Assembly (NCBI GenBank): GCA_028287105.1
Contig: JAQBQH010000154.1
Location: 28,095-92,094 of the forward strand
Direction: 5' to 3'
Source of the DNA: Myxococcales bacterium
GTDB taxonomy: Bacteria; Myxococcota_A; Polyangia; Palsa-1104
Length of the DNA: 64,000 nucleotides
Numbering within the stretch: the stretch's first letter is position 1; each line of letters starts with the position of its first letter. The translations under genes and the position numbers were made by a program. Below, one piece after another: positions 9,654-19,299 of this stretch. The notes below the pieces were generated by a model, which had not been told where the DNA came from, did no database searches, and saw only the letters and a list, made by a program, of their open reading frames with translations.

Positions 9654-11220
9654 TCAGTGGCGGAACATCTTGAGCATGCGCGCGGTGACGCGGAAGCCGC
9701 CGGCGACGTTGATCGAAGCCAGGAGCACCGCGACGGCGCCCAGGATCGTGGTCACGGTGAGGTCGCGCCCGCGTCCCAGCAGAAGTCCGCCAATCAAGAT
9801 GATGCCCGACACCGCGTTGGTCACGCTCATGAGCGGCGTGTGCAGCGCCGGCGTCACGTTCCAGATGACGTGCCAGCCGACGACGCAGGCCAGGAGGAAG
9901 ACCGTCATGTGCTCGAGCAGCGACGGCGAACCGAACAGCCCGAGAATGACCAGCAGCGGCAGCGCCAGCGCCACGCCAATGCGCATCGGCCACGGCGACA
10001 CCGGCTTCTCCTCTTTGGCCGTCTTGTGCGTTCCGGTCGGCCCCACCGCCGGCGCGCCCGCGCGAATCGCCAGCTTGGGCGGCGGCCAGGTGATCTTGCC
10101 CTCGTGGACGATGAGCGCGCCGCGCTGCACCTCGTCGTCGTAGTCGATGGTGACCTTACCGTCCTTGAGCACCAGCTCGAGCAGCTGCACCACGGTCGCC
10201 GCGTAGAGCTCGCTCGCCTGCGGCGCCATGCGGCTCGGCAGATCGGTGAAGCCGAGGATCTTCACGCCGAACTTCTCGACGGCGCTTCCCGGCTCGGTGA
10301 GCGCGCAGTTGCCGCCCTGCTCCGCCGCCAGATCGACGATGACCGAGCCGCGCGCCATCGACACGACCGCGCCCGAGGTGATGAGCTTCGGCGCCGGAAT
10401 GCCGGGGACGAGCGCGGTGGTGATGATGATGTCCGACTGCTTGGCGTACTGCGCGATGAAGGTCTGCTCGGCCTCGAGATAGGCGTCGGACATCTGGCGC
10501 GCGTAGCCGCCCTCGCCTTCCCCGGTCTCGTTCTTCCACTCGAACTGCAGGAAGGTGGCGCCCAGGCTCTGGATCTGCTCGCGCACCGTCGGGCGCGTGT
10601 CGAATGCGCTCACCACCGCGCCGAGCGCGCGCGCCGCGGCGATGGCGGCCAGCCCGGCCACGCCGGCGCCGATGATGAGGACCCGCGCCGGCTTGATGCG
10701 GCCGGCGGCCGTGGTCTGCGCGCCGAACGGGCGTCCGAAGTGCGCCGCCGCCTCGATGACCGCGCGATAGCCGGCCAGATTTGCCGTCGCTGACAGGGCG
10801 TCCATCCGCTGCGCGCGCGTGATGCGCGGGACCGCGTCCATGCCGAGGACGGTCGCCTTCTTGGCCTGCAGCCGCTCGAGGAGCTCGCGGTTCTGGGCCG
10901 GCCAGACGAACGAGACCAGCGTCGCGCCCTCCTTGAGCCGATCGACCTCGTGGCCGTGGTCGGTCTCGATCGGCGCGCGCACCTTGAGGACCAGGTCGGC
11001 CGCGGCGTAGAGCGCCGCCGCGTCGGCGACGATGGCCGTGCCCGCCTCGGCATAGGCGCCGTCGAGGAACGAGGCCGCTTCGCCGGCGCCGGACTCGATG
11101 ATGACGTCGACCCCGAGCTTGGCAATACGCGCGGCGGTCGTAGGCGTCGCCGCGACGCGACGCTCGCCGGGAAACGTCTCCTTCGGAATTCCAACCTTCA
11201 GACGGGGAGGAGCATCCATC
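9654..11220 (-). CDS. pntA: NAD(P) transhydrogenase subunit alpha (dI domain plus TM helices)
   Basis: Start [26 protein letters not shown] (ATG at 11220). The Rossmann motif [12 protein letters not shown] and C-terminal TM helices are present. It lies immediately upstream of pntB. Confidence 0.9.
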
Positions 11221-11276
11221 GCGAGCGGCGAAAGCCTAGCCCAACGCCGACGGCCCGTCCATGCGATAGTAGTCGC

Positions 11277-11852
11277 ATGCGCCGCGCGATCGTCGTGTCG
11301 TGCATCCTCGTCGCCGTCGCGGTCGCGGGGGCCGTGGCGCGTGGCGACGTCGCCACCCCGCCCGCCGCCAGGCTCGAGCATCTCGACGGCGCGCGCGTCC
11401 CGGCGGTGCTGATCAAGGAGTGGCGCAAGGCCGAGAACAAGAACCGCTGTGCGCCGGTCTGGTTCGACGACCTCGGCGACGCCAACGGCGGCCGCGTACG
11501 CGCCACCTACTTCAGCGGCGGCTGGGGCGTCGTCGTCGACAAATCAGGGCTGCCCGGCCGCGGCCAGGGCACCGGCGGCTGTCCGAGCTGCGGCCGCGCC
11601 GTCGTCGGCATGGCCGGCGCCGGAGTCATCGGCTCCGAGAGCGACACCGCGCGCTGGCCGCTCCACAAGACGTGGCCGTCGGGTATGCGCGCCGGCTACG
11701 GCCTCGAGGGCTTCACCATGGGCCCCGATTGGCTGGCCTACGTGCTCATTCCCGGGCAGTCCTGCCTGTATAATGTGTGGTCGTACGTCGGCCGCGAGCA
11801 CCTCGAGCACCTGTTGGATCATCTCCGCATCGTGGACCTGGGCCACCCGTAG
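11277..11852 (+). CDS. Secreted hypothetical protein (signal peptide)
   Basis: Start MRRAIVVSCILVAVAVAGAVARG. Composition is Gly/Trp/Cys-rich and there is no recognisable domain. Confidence 0.5.
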   Translation: MRRAIVVSCILVAVAVAGAVARGDVATPPAARLEHLDGARVPAVLIKEWRKAENKNRCAPVWFDDLGDANGGRVRATYFSGGWGVVVDKSGLPGRGQGTGGCPSCGRAVVGMAGAGVIGSESDTARWPLHKTWPSGMRAGYGLEGFTMGPDWLAYVLIPGQSCLYNVWSYVGREHLEHLLDHLRIVDLGHP

Positions 11853-11863
11853 CTGTCAGGAGG

Positions 11864-13006
11864 ATGAAGATGCTCGCTCGCGCCGCGTGCTTCATCGCCT
11901 TCGCCGCCTGCACGGCGGTCGCCCTGCCCGCCGTGGCGCAGACTGCGATCTTCACCGAGAGCTGGGAGTCGGGGGCGACCCGCTGGCGCACCAGCGACTC
12001 GGTCGCCATCAGCCTCGCGAGCGACAGCGCGCCCGTCTGCTCGACCAAGTTCCAGCGCGAGACCAGCGCCGTCGGTGGCGGCCGCGTCTTCACGCTCGGC
12101 ACCGCCGTCGCCAACCAGATCCCCGTCGTCGCCGGCATGCCGTACTGCGTGAGCGCCTGGATCCGCGGCGCCACCGGGACCGTGCCGTTCCTCGGCTTCA
12201 ACGTCGACGACGGCAGCGGTGCGGCCGCCGGGGTGCAGCACTGGATGATAGGCGACGCGGCCACGCCGAACGGCTACGGTCAGCCCGCGGTGCAGGTGAC
12301 CGCCGACGGCAAATGGCGCTGGTATGCCGCGCCGTTCACGCCCGAAGCGGGCGCCACGTTCATCGTGCTCACCGACGAGCTGTGGGAAGGCGGCGGCATG
12401 GGCGCCGCCGACTTCGACGACCTGCAGGTCTGGCAGGGCGCCTGCCCGACCGCGGCGCCCGGCGTCGACGCGCACGCCACCTGCGCGGGAGCGACGCCGT
12501 CGTGCAGCAGCGCGAGCGGCGCCTGCGTCGAGTGCACCAGCGGCTCGACCGGCGCCTGCGCGGCGGGCGGCAAGGGATCGATCTGCCTCCCCGCCGAGAG
12601 CTGCGGCTGCACCGCCGATGCGCACTGCGGCGGCGGCACCAGCGGCCGCATCTGCAACCTCGCGCTCAACGTCTGCGCGGCCGGCTGTCGCGGACCGGGC
12701 GGCAACGGCTGTCCGGCCGGCATGGTCTGCTCGTCCAGCGACTCGAGCGCCGGCAGTTGCGCCGCCGCTGTCGCGCCCGACCTCGGCGGCGTGCCCGACC
12801 TCGGCATGCCCATGCCCCAATTCGACGACCTTGGATACGGCGCCGACCTGGCGGTGCTCGATCCGGGCACGCACGGCGTTGCCGGGGGCGGCGGGTGCGA
12901 CGTGGGGCGCGGTGGCGACGGTGCCGCGGTCGCGCTGCTCGGCCTGGCCGCGCTTTTCGCGCTTTCGCGACGCCGCCGCCGCTGGCCTCGCTGCAGCGGC
13001 CGCTGA
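11864..13006 (+). CDS. Secreted Cys-rich protein with a MYXO-CTERM-type C-terminal sorting tail
   Basis: RBS CAGGAGG followed by ATG (alternative ATG at 11870). Signal peptide MKMLARAACFIAFAACTAVALPAVAQT. The N-terminal domain looks jelly-roll/CBM-like and is followed by many Cys pairs. The C-terminus GGGGCDVGRGGDGAAVALLGLAALFALSRRRRR matches the MYXO-CTERM pattern. Confidence 0.7.
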   Translation: MKMLARAACFIAFAACTAVALPAVAQTAIFTESWESGATRWRTSDSVAISLASDSAPVCSTKFQRETSAVGGGRVFTLGTAVANQIPVVAGMPYCVSAWIRGATGTVPFLGFNVDDGSGAAAGVQHWMIGDAATPNGYGQPAVQVTADGKWRWYAAPFTPEAGATFIVLTDELWEGGGMGAADFDDLQVWQGACPTAAPGVDAHATCAGATPSCSSASGACVECTSGSTGACAAGGKGSICLPAESCGCTADAHCGGGTSGRICNLALNVCAAGCRGPGGNGCPAGMVCSSSDSSAGSCAAAVAPDLGGVPDLGMPMPQFDDLGYGADLAVLDPGTHGVAGGGGCDVGRGGDGAAVALLGLAALFALSRRRRRWPRCSGR

Positions 13007-13051
13007 CCCGCGGTCGCTGATTTCGGCGCCCTGCTCGGGTATGCTCGCGCG

Positions 13052-13825
13052 GTGAAGCTCACCGACAAAGTCATCGTCGTCACCGGCGGCGCCCACGGCA
13101 TCGGACGCGCCATGGCAGAGCGCTTCTCGCGCGAGAAGCCCAAAGCGATCGTCATCGCCGACCGCGACCTCCCCGGCGCCGAAGCCGTCGCGCGCGAAGT
13201 CGGCGGCCTCGCCGTCGCCTGCGACGTCTCCCGCGAAGCCGACCTCAAAGCGCTCGTCGAGCGCGCCACGCACGACTACGGCGGCATCGATCTGTTCTGC
13301 TCGAACGCCGGCATCGCCATCGGCGGCGGCGTCGACGTCCCCGACGACGAGTGGCGCCGCATCATCGACATCAACCTCATGTCGCATGTCTGGGCCGCGC
13401 GCGCGCTCATGCCCGGCATGCTCGCCCGCGGCAGCGGCTACTTCCTCTCGACCGCGTCGGCCGCCGGCCTCTTGTCGATCGTCGGCTCCGCGCCCTACGC
13501 CGTCACCAAGCACGCCGCCGTCGCGCTCGCCGAGTGGCTGGCCATCACCTATCACGACCGCGGGATTCGCGTGTCGTGCCTCTGTCCGCTCTACGTCAAC
13601 ACCGAGCTCCTCAAGGGCGCGCTCGTCGAAGCGGCCGGCGCCTCGATCACGCTCTCGGGCAACGTCATCGAGCCGACCGCGGTCGCCGACGCCGTCGTCG
13701 CCGGCATCGAGGCCGAGCAGTTCCTCATCCTGCCCCACCCCGAGGTCAAGACCTACTTCGAGCGCAAGGCGAGCGACTACGATCGCTGGCTGTCCGGCAT
13801 GCGCCGCCTGCACGCCAACAAGTAG
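13052..13825 (+). CDS. SDR family oxidoreductase
   Basis: GTG start. [10 protein letters not shown] glycine motif and YAVTKHA (YxxxK) catalytic motif. Confidence 0.85.
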   Translation: MKLTDKVIVVTGGAHGIGRAMAERFSREKPKAIVIADRDLPGAEAVAREVGGLAVACDVSREADLKALVERATHDYGGIDLFCSNAGIAIGGGVDVPDDEWRRIIDINLMSHVWAARALMPGMLARGSGYFLSTASAAGLLSIVGSAPYAVTKHAAVALAEWLAITYHDRGIRVSCLCPLYVNTELLKGALVEAAGASITLSGNVIEPTAVADAVVAGIEAEQFLILPHPEVKTYFERKASDYDRWLSGMRRLHANK

Positions 13826-13827
13826 CC

Positions 13828-14457
13828 CTAGAACTTGACAAGCATGCCGTTGCCCGTCGGCGTGATCGACCAGGCCACGTTGCGCTCCAGCGTGCGCGAC
13901 TTGCCGACCGCGCCGACGATGACCATGGTCGTGCCGGCGAGCTGCAACACGAAGTCGACCGCCAGCACCGCGTAGGCCGCCTGCTGGATGGTGTTGTTCA
14001 CTTCGCTGATGCGCTGATTGGCCGGCACGTCGATCATCGGATTTCCCGTCGTCGACGGCTGCACCATCGCCCAGCTGTCGCCCATCTGCACCAGCGGCCC
14101 GACGAGCGGAATGAGCGAGGTCGCCGCCGGATCGTGGCCGAGCCCATAGCTGAGCCCGATGTCGAGCGCGTACCCGGCCGCGAACAGCGCGAGGCCGCCG
14201 CCGAGCAGCCCCCAGTGGCGCTCGCGTCCTCGATCCTCGCGCACACCGGGGGTCGGCATGGCGCGGGTCGGCTCGATCACCGCCGGCGGCGGCGCGGGCC
14301 GCAGGTCGAGGTTGACGCGCGCATCATCGGACCTTCGCGGCTCGTCGGCGCGCACCACCCGATGGCGCTGCGGCGCGGCCGACGCAGCGACGCTCCAACA
14401 GATCAACAAGACGGGGACGCAGCGCACCGATCGGATCCAAAGCACCGCGCGTGCCAC
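13828..14457 (-). CDS. Hypothetical secreted/membrane protein with C-terminal Phe
   Basis: Proposed GTG start gives signal peptide MARAVLWIRSVRCVPVLLICWSVAASA. The start is uncertain; the ORF track extends to 14523. The protein ends ...GNGMLVKF. Confidence 0.4.
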   Translation of the reverse strand: MARAVLWIRSVRCVPVLLICWSVAASAAPQRHRVVRADEPRRSDDARVNLDLRPAPPPAVIEPTRAMPTPGVREDRGRERHWGLLGGGLALFAAGYALDIGLSYGLGHDPAATSLIPLVGPLVQMGDSWAMVQPSTTGNPMIDVPANQRISEVNNTIQQAAYAVLAVDFVLQLAGTTMVIVGAVGKSRTLERNVAWSITPTGNGMLVKF

Positions 14458-14596
14458 GCCCGCCGCACGCGATTCTCGATAGCTACGCGGCCGCGAGTGG
14501 GGGCTCGGTTCCCATTTCGACAAAACAATTTCACATCCGTATCGGGTGCCGACGCGAGTAGCCGGGGGCCGATCGGATGTGGTCTAGTCCCGTTCC

Positions 14597-15358
14597 ATGA
14601 GTGAACGTCTGAAGGGAAAATTGGCGCTCGTCACCGGCGGCAGCCGCGGCATCGGCGCCGCCATCGCCGAGTCGTTCGCCGCCGCGGGCGCCCGCGTCAT
14701 CATCGCCTCGCGCAAGATCGATGAGCTCGAGGCGACCGCCGCGCGCATCAACGACAAGCACGCCGGCTCCACGCTCGCGCGCGCCTGCCACACCGGCCGC
14801 GTCGAGGCCATCGCCGAGCTGTTCAGCTGGATCGATCAGCAGGGGCCGCTCGACATCGCGGTCAACAACGCCGCGACCAACCCCTATTTCGGACCGCTCA
14901 TGAATGTCGAGTGGCCGGCGTGGGACAAAACCTTCGAGCTCAACGTGAAGGGCTACTTCGAGGTCGCGCGTCAGACCGCGAAGCGGCTGCTCGCGTCCAA
15001 TCGTCCGGGCTCGATCATCAACATCGCCAGCATCACGGGCCTGCGCGGCTCGCCGATGCAGGGCGTGTACGCGATGTCGAAGGCGGCGGTGATCTCGATG
15101 ACGCAGACGCTCGCGGTGGAGCTCGGCCGCGCGCGCATCCGCGTCAACGCCATCGCGCCTGGGCTCATCGAGACGCGGCTGGCGGCGGCGCTCATCCAGA
15201 ACGAAGAGGCGGCCAAGCTCTTCACCGATCGCGCGGCGCTCGGGCGCCACGGACAGCCGGAGGAGATCGCCGGCATCGTCACCTATCTCGCGTCCGACGA
15301 GGCTTCGTTCGTGACCGGACAAACCTTCCCCGTCGACGGCGGCTGGACCACGACCTGA
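14597..15358 (+). CDS. SDR family oxidoreductase (FabG-like 3-oxoacyl reductase fold)
   Basis: TGGSRGIGAAIA, NNAA and YAMSKAA (YxxxK) motifs. Size is 253 aa. Confidence 0.85.
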   Translation: MSERLKGKLALVTGGSRGIGAAIAESFAAAGARVIIASRKIDELEATAARINDKHAGSTLARACHTGRVEAIAELFSWIDQQGPLDIAVNNAATNPYFGPLMNVEWPAWDKTFELNVKGYFEVARQTAKRLLASNRPGSIINIASITGLRGSPMQGVYAMSKAAVISMTQTLAVELGRARIRVNAIAPGLIETRLAAALIQNEEAAKLFTDRAALGRHGQPEEIAGIVTYLASDEASFVTGQTFPVDGGWTTT

Positions 15359-15487
15359 TTCGCGCCGCGCGCCGCTGACACGGGCCACGTGGCCGCGCAG
15401 CCACGCGCACCTGTAAGTCCCGGCATCATCTCGCCTTTCAAAACGGCATCGACGTTGCTCTGACGGGGCTCAAACAGGAGTCCCCGC

Positions 15488-18190
15488 GTGCGCCATCTCG
15501 GAGTACTGACCCTCGTCGTCACAGTCAGCGCCTGCAACGCACCCTCACCGTCGGGCGGCAAGCCCGCGCCGAGCGACACGCCGACCCGCGCCTCGCGCGT
15601 CGAGGAGCTGATGGCGCGCGTCCACGCCCTCGGCGGCGACGCGCCCGTCGACGCCGACGGCACGCTGCCCGATGTGCGCAACCACGACGCCGCGTCGCTG
15701 GCGTCCAACGACGGCAAGACCGTGATCGAGTTTCCGCTCGCCCACACGAGCGTGCTCGCCGACGTGACCGGCAACATCGCGCGCGTCGAGGTGACCCAGC
15801 TCTATCAGAACCCGACCGAGCAGCGTCTCGAGGCGATCTACAAGTTCCCGCTGCCCCAGAACGCCGCCGTCACCGACATGATGTTCCGCATCGGCCGTCG
15901 CGTCGTCGTGAGCGAGGTGAAGCGGCGCGAAGAGGCGCGCCGGACCTACGAGATGGCGAAGCGCGAAGGGCACACCGCCGCGCTCACCGAACAGGAGCGT
16001 CCCAACCTGTTCACGCAGTCGGTGGCCAACATCCCGCCCGGCGAATCGGTCGAGGTGGTCATCCGCTACGTGCACGAGGTCGCGTTCGACGACGGCCGCT
16101 ATCAGTTCCATTTTCCGACGACGATCGGCCCGCGCTACAATCCGCGCGACGGGGTCGCCGACAAGGCGGCCATCACGCCGCCGGTGGTCGCGCCCGGCGT
16201 GCGCTCGGCGCACGACCTCGACATCGTCGTGCAGCTCGGCCCCGCCGACGCCTTCGCCGGCGTCGCAGCGCGCAGCCACCGCATCCTGAGCGCCGTCGAC
16301 CCGCGTCTCGGAAAGCGGCTGATCACGCTCGGCGACGGCGACCATCTGCCCAACAAAGACTTCATCCTCTCCTGGCGCCCGGCCGCCCAGGAGCCCGACG
16401 CGCGCATCTTGACCGCGCGCGATCGCGGCGACGACTACTTCATGCTCTTCGTGCAGCCGCCTGCCGACGTCGCGCCCGCGATGGTCCGCCCCAAGGAGCT
16501 GGTGTTCCTCGTCGACAAATCGGGATCGATGTGGGGTGAGCCGCTCGACACCGCCCGCCGCGTCATCATCGAGGCGCTGCACAAGATGGGACCGGAGGAC
16601 ACCTTCCAGATCATCACGTTCGACTCCACCACCGACTACATGACGAAGCAGGCGCTGCCCAACACGCCCGACAACGTGGCGGCGGCCGAGCGCTGGATGG
16701 CGAAGATCGAGGGCGGCGGCGGCACCGAGATGCTGGCCGGCATCCGCGCCGCGCTCGACCAGCCGTACGACCCGAAGCGCCTGCGCATGGTGGTCTTCTG
16801 CACCGACGGCTTCATCGGCAACGAGCGCGAGATCATCGAGCACATCGGCAAGATGCGCGGCCAGTCACGCGTCTTCGGCTTCGGCATCGGCTCGTCGGTG
16901 AATCGCTATCTCATCGAGGGCGTCGCGCACGCCGGTCGCGGCGCGGCCGAGATCGTGCGCCAGGGCGAGCCGGCCGACGAAGCGGTGGCGAGGCTCTACA
17001 AGCGGCTCGATCGCCCGGTGCTCACCGACGTAAGCTTGCGCTTCTCCGGCGTCGAGGTCGAGCAGATGATGCCGTCGCGCCTGCCCGACCTGTTCGCGGG
17101 CCAGCCGCTCGTCGTCGTCGGTAAGGTTCGCGGCAAGGGCCCCGCCACCGTCGAGCTGACCGGGCGCCTCGGATCGAAGCCGTACGCGCGCACGCTGCCG
17201 GTCACGACTAGGGGGGAGCGCGATCCGGTGCTCGGCACGCTCTGGGCGCGCCGTCGCATCGCCGAGCTGGACGACCTCGACGAGCGCGGCGCCGACGCCG
17301 GACAGAAGGACGAGATCATCGCGCTGGCGCTGCGCTGGAAGCTGATCACGCAGTACACCTCGTTCGTCGCCGTCGAGAAGCAGCTCAAGGTCGACACGCG
17401 CGTGCCGCTGGCGCAGCTGCTTGTGCCCAACGAGCTGCCCGAAGGCGTCGCCTACAAGGGCATCTTCGGCGAAGAGGTGGCCGCGGCCAACGCCGACATC
17501 ACGCCGGCGCGGGTCAAGCCGGGCGATCCCGAGGTGCGCGTGCAGGCGCCGCCGACGGCGCACGTGCGGGTCCTTCTGCCCTGGTCGCGCCGCCCGGTGC
17601 GCGCGCACTTCGACGCACCGACGGGCGACCACGTGGCGCGCTTCCTCGTGCCGGCCGGCTGGCCCGACGGCAGCTGGACCGCGCGCGTGATCATCGACCA
17701 CGCTCGCGGCGCGCGGGAGGAGCGCAGCGTCGAGCTCCACGTCGACACCCGCGCCGCCGCCATCGCCGTCGTGTCGGCACCAGCCACCGTGCACCCGGGT
17801 GAAGCGCTGACGCTGGCGCTCAAACCGGCGCTGCCGGTCGACCTCGTGGCCGAAGCGCTCGAGACTGCCACGCCCGGCGGCGCAGGCGCGGCGCTCAAGA
17901 GCGCCATGGACGTCAAAGAGATCTTCGTGCGCGCGCCATGGGGGGAGATCGGCCGCGCCCGCCTCGTTGGACCGCTCGGCCTCTACACGGTGACGCTACA
18001 CGTGCCGCGGCTCGCCGCCCGCGGAGCGACGAGCTTCGAGATCGTCGCCAGCGACACGGCGGGCAACGTCAGCCGTCGTCAGCTCGCCGTCGACGTGCAG
18101 CCGGCCTCGCGCACCGCCTACGCCGGCGCGGCGCTCCTCATGCTCCTCGCCGGCAGCCTCTTCGCGCGCCGCCGCCGGGTGCGCGCGTGA
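15488..18190 (+). CDS. VIT (vault/inter-alpha-trypsin) plus von Willebrand factor A domain lipoprotein with a C-terminal hydrophobic/Arg anchor
   Basis: AGGAG RBS followed by GTG. Lipobox VTVSAC. The VWA MIDAS motif DKSGSM is present with conserved T and D residues. The C-terminus is YAGAALLMLLAGSLFARRRRVRA (MYXO-CTERM-like but without Cys). Confidence 0.75.
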   Translation: MRHLGVLTLVVTVSACNAPSPSGGKPAPSDTPTRASRVEELMARVHALGGDAPVDADGTLPDVRNHDAASLASNDGKTVIEFPLAHTSVLADVTGNIARVEVTQLYQNPTEQRLEAIYKFPLPQNAAVTDMMFRIGRRVVVSEVKRREEARRTYEMAKREGHTAALTEQERPNLFTQSVANIPPGESVEVVIRYVHEVAFDDGRYQFHFPTTIGPRYNPRDGVADKAAITPPVVAPGVRSAHDLDIVVQLGPADAFAGVAARSHRILSAVDPRLGKRLITLGDGDHLPNKDFILSWRPAAQEPDARILTARDRGDDYFMLFVQPPADVAPAMVRPKELVFLVDKSGSMWGEPLDTARRVIIEALHKMGPEDTFQIITFDSTTDYMTKQALPNTPDNVAAAERWMAKIEGGGGTEMLAGIRAALDQPYDPKRLRMVVFCTDGFIGNEREIIEHIGKMRGQSRVFGFGIGSSVNRYLIEGVAHAGRGAAEIVRQGEPADEAVARLYKRLDRPVLTDVSLRFSGVEVEQMMPSRLPDLFAGQPLVVVGKVRGKGPATVELTGRLGSKPYARTLPVTTRGERDPVLGTLWARRRIAELDDLDERGADAGQKDEIIALALRWKLITQYTSFVAVEKQLKVDTRVPLAQLLVPNELPEGVAYKGIFGEEVAAANADITPARVKPGDPEVRVQAPPTAHVRVLLPWSRRPVRAHFDAPTGDHVARFLVPAGWPDGSWTARVIIDHARGAREERSVELHVDTRAAAIAVVSAPATVHPGEALTLALKPALPVDLVAEALETATPGGAGAALKSAMDVKEIFVRAPWGEIGRARLVGPLGLYTVTLHVPRLAARGATSFEIVASDTAGNVSRRQLAVDVQPASRTAYAGAALLMLLAGSLFARRRRVRA

Positions 18191-19299
18191 TCGCCCGCTC
18201 CACGATCCGCCGTCGCCGCTGGACCTGGCCGCGCCTCCTCGTCCTCGCGGTAGCGACGGTCGTCGGCTTCGTCGTGACGGTGCCGACGGCGCGGCTGCGC
18301 TACCTGGCGCTGCCGGTGCTGCATGACCCGAGCGTCCCGTCGGCCGCCGTGCCACGCGCGATCGCCGACGCCCCCCCGAGCGGCGCCACGCTGGTGACGC
18401 GCCTGCCGAGCCGCGTCAGCGCGGTCCTGCCGCGCAGCGATGGCAGCGTCTTCATCGGCACCTTCGACGAAGGGCTCTTCCGCTTCGACCCGGCGCGCGG
18501 CGGCGCCCCCGTCGCCGTCGGCGGCCTCGAAGGACGCGAGCGCTTCGTCGATGCGCTCGTCGAGCATGACGGCCGCGTCATCGCCGCCACCCATCGCGGC
18601 GCCGTGGTCGTCGGCGGCGACGGCACGCGTCTCGGCGTCCTCGCCCCCGGCGAAGCGATCTCGTCCCTCGCCGTCGTCGACGGCGCGCTCGTGGCCGGCA
18701 GCGCGCGCGGCCTGTGGACCGGCGCATCTACCGTGACCGGCTCGCCGGTGACCGGCTCGCCCCTCGGCGAGCGCGGCCCCACGGGCGAGATCCTGCGCGT
18801 CACCGCCCTCGCGGTCACACGCGCACGCCTTTACGTCGGCACGCCCGACGGCGTCTACGTGCTCCAGCGCCCGCTCACCGCCCAGGTCGCGCGCTGGCAG
18901 CCGCTCGTCTTCGGCGCGCCGCCCGCCGAGACCAACGTCGTCACCGCGCTGGCGCCGCTCGGCGACGGCGTCGTCGCCGGCACCGACGACGGCGGCCTGG
19001 TCCTGGTGCGCGACGACGGCGTGAGCGCGCTGCCGCTCACGGAGGCGCGCGCCAACGACGTCAACCCCGGCGCCATGGCCCACTTCGGCGGCACCATCTT
19101 CGTCGGCACCGAAGGCGCCGGCCTGCTCCAGCTCGCCGGCAGCGACGTCACCCGCCCCTCCGACTGGCGCCGCGCGCGCATCTCCGCCGTCGCCGCCGGT
19201 GCGCGCCTGTTCCTCGGCACCGAGGACGGCGAGCTCTGGGCCCTCCCTGCCGCTCAGCCGCTGGCGGCGTCGAGGATCTTCTGGATCAACGCGTCGTAG
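18187..19299 (+). CDS. Membrane-anchored beta-propeller repeat protein (two-component-regulator-propeller-like repeats)
   Basis: GTG start overlaps the upstream stop (GTGA at 18187-18190). N-terminal TM WPRLLVLAVATVVGFVVTV. Repeats of the GxWxG / (L/I)(Y/F)VGT(E/P)DG type occur at least five times. The 3' end overlaps the convergent ATP-grasp gene by 46 nt. Confidence 0.6.
   Translation: MIARSTIRRRRWTWPRLLVLAVATVVGFVVTVPTARLRYLALPVLHDPSVPSAAVPRAIADAPPSGATLVTRLPSRVSAVLPRSDGSVFIGTFDEGLFRFDPARGGAPVAVGGLEGRERFVDALVEHDGRVIAATHRGAVVVGGDGTRLGVLAPGEAISSLAVVDGALVAGSARGLWTGASTVTGSPVTGSPLGERGPTGEILRVTALAVTRARLYVGTPDGVYVLQRPLTAQVARWQPLVFGAPPAETNVVTALAPLGDGVVAGTDDGGLVLVRDDGVSALPLTEARANDVNPGAMAHFGGTIFVGTEGAGLLQLAGSDVTRPSDWRRARISAVAAGARLFLGTEDGELWALPAAQPLAASRIFWINAS

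Noticed and set aside
11819-13813. 664-aa minus-strand ORF and 12280..13269 minus ORF
   Set aside because: They are antisense to the MYXO-CTERM protein and SDR genes, both of which have strong motif support.
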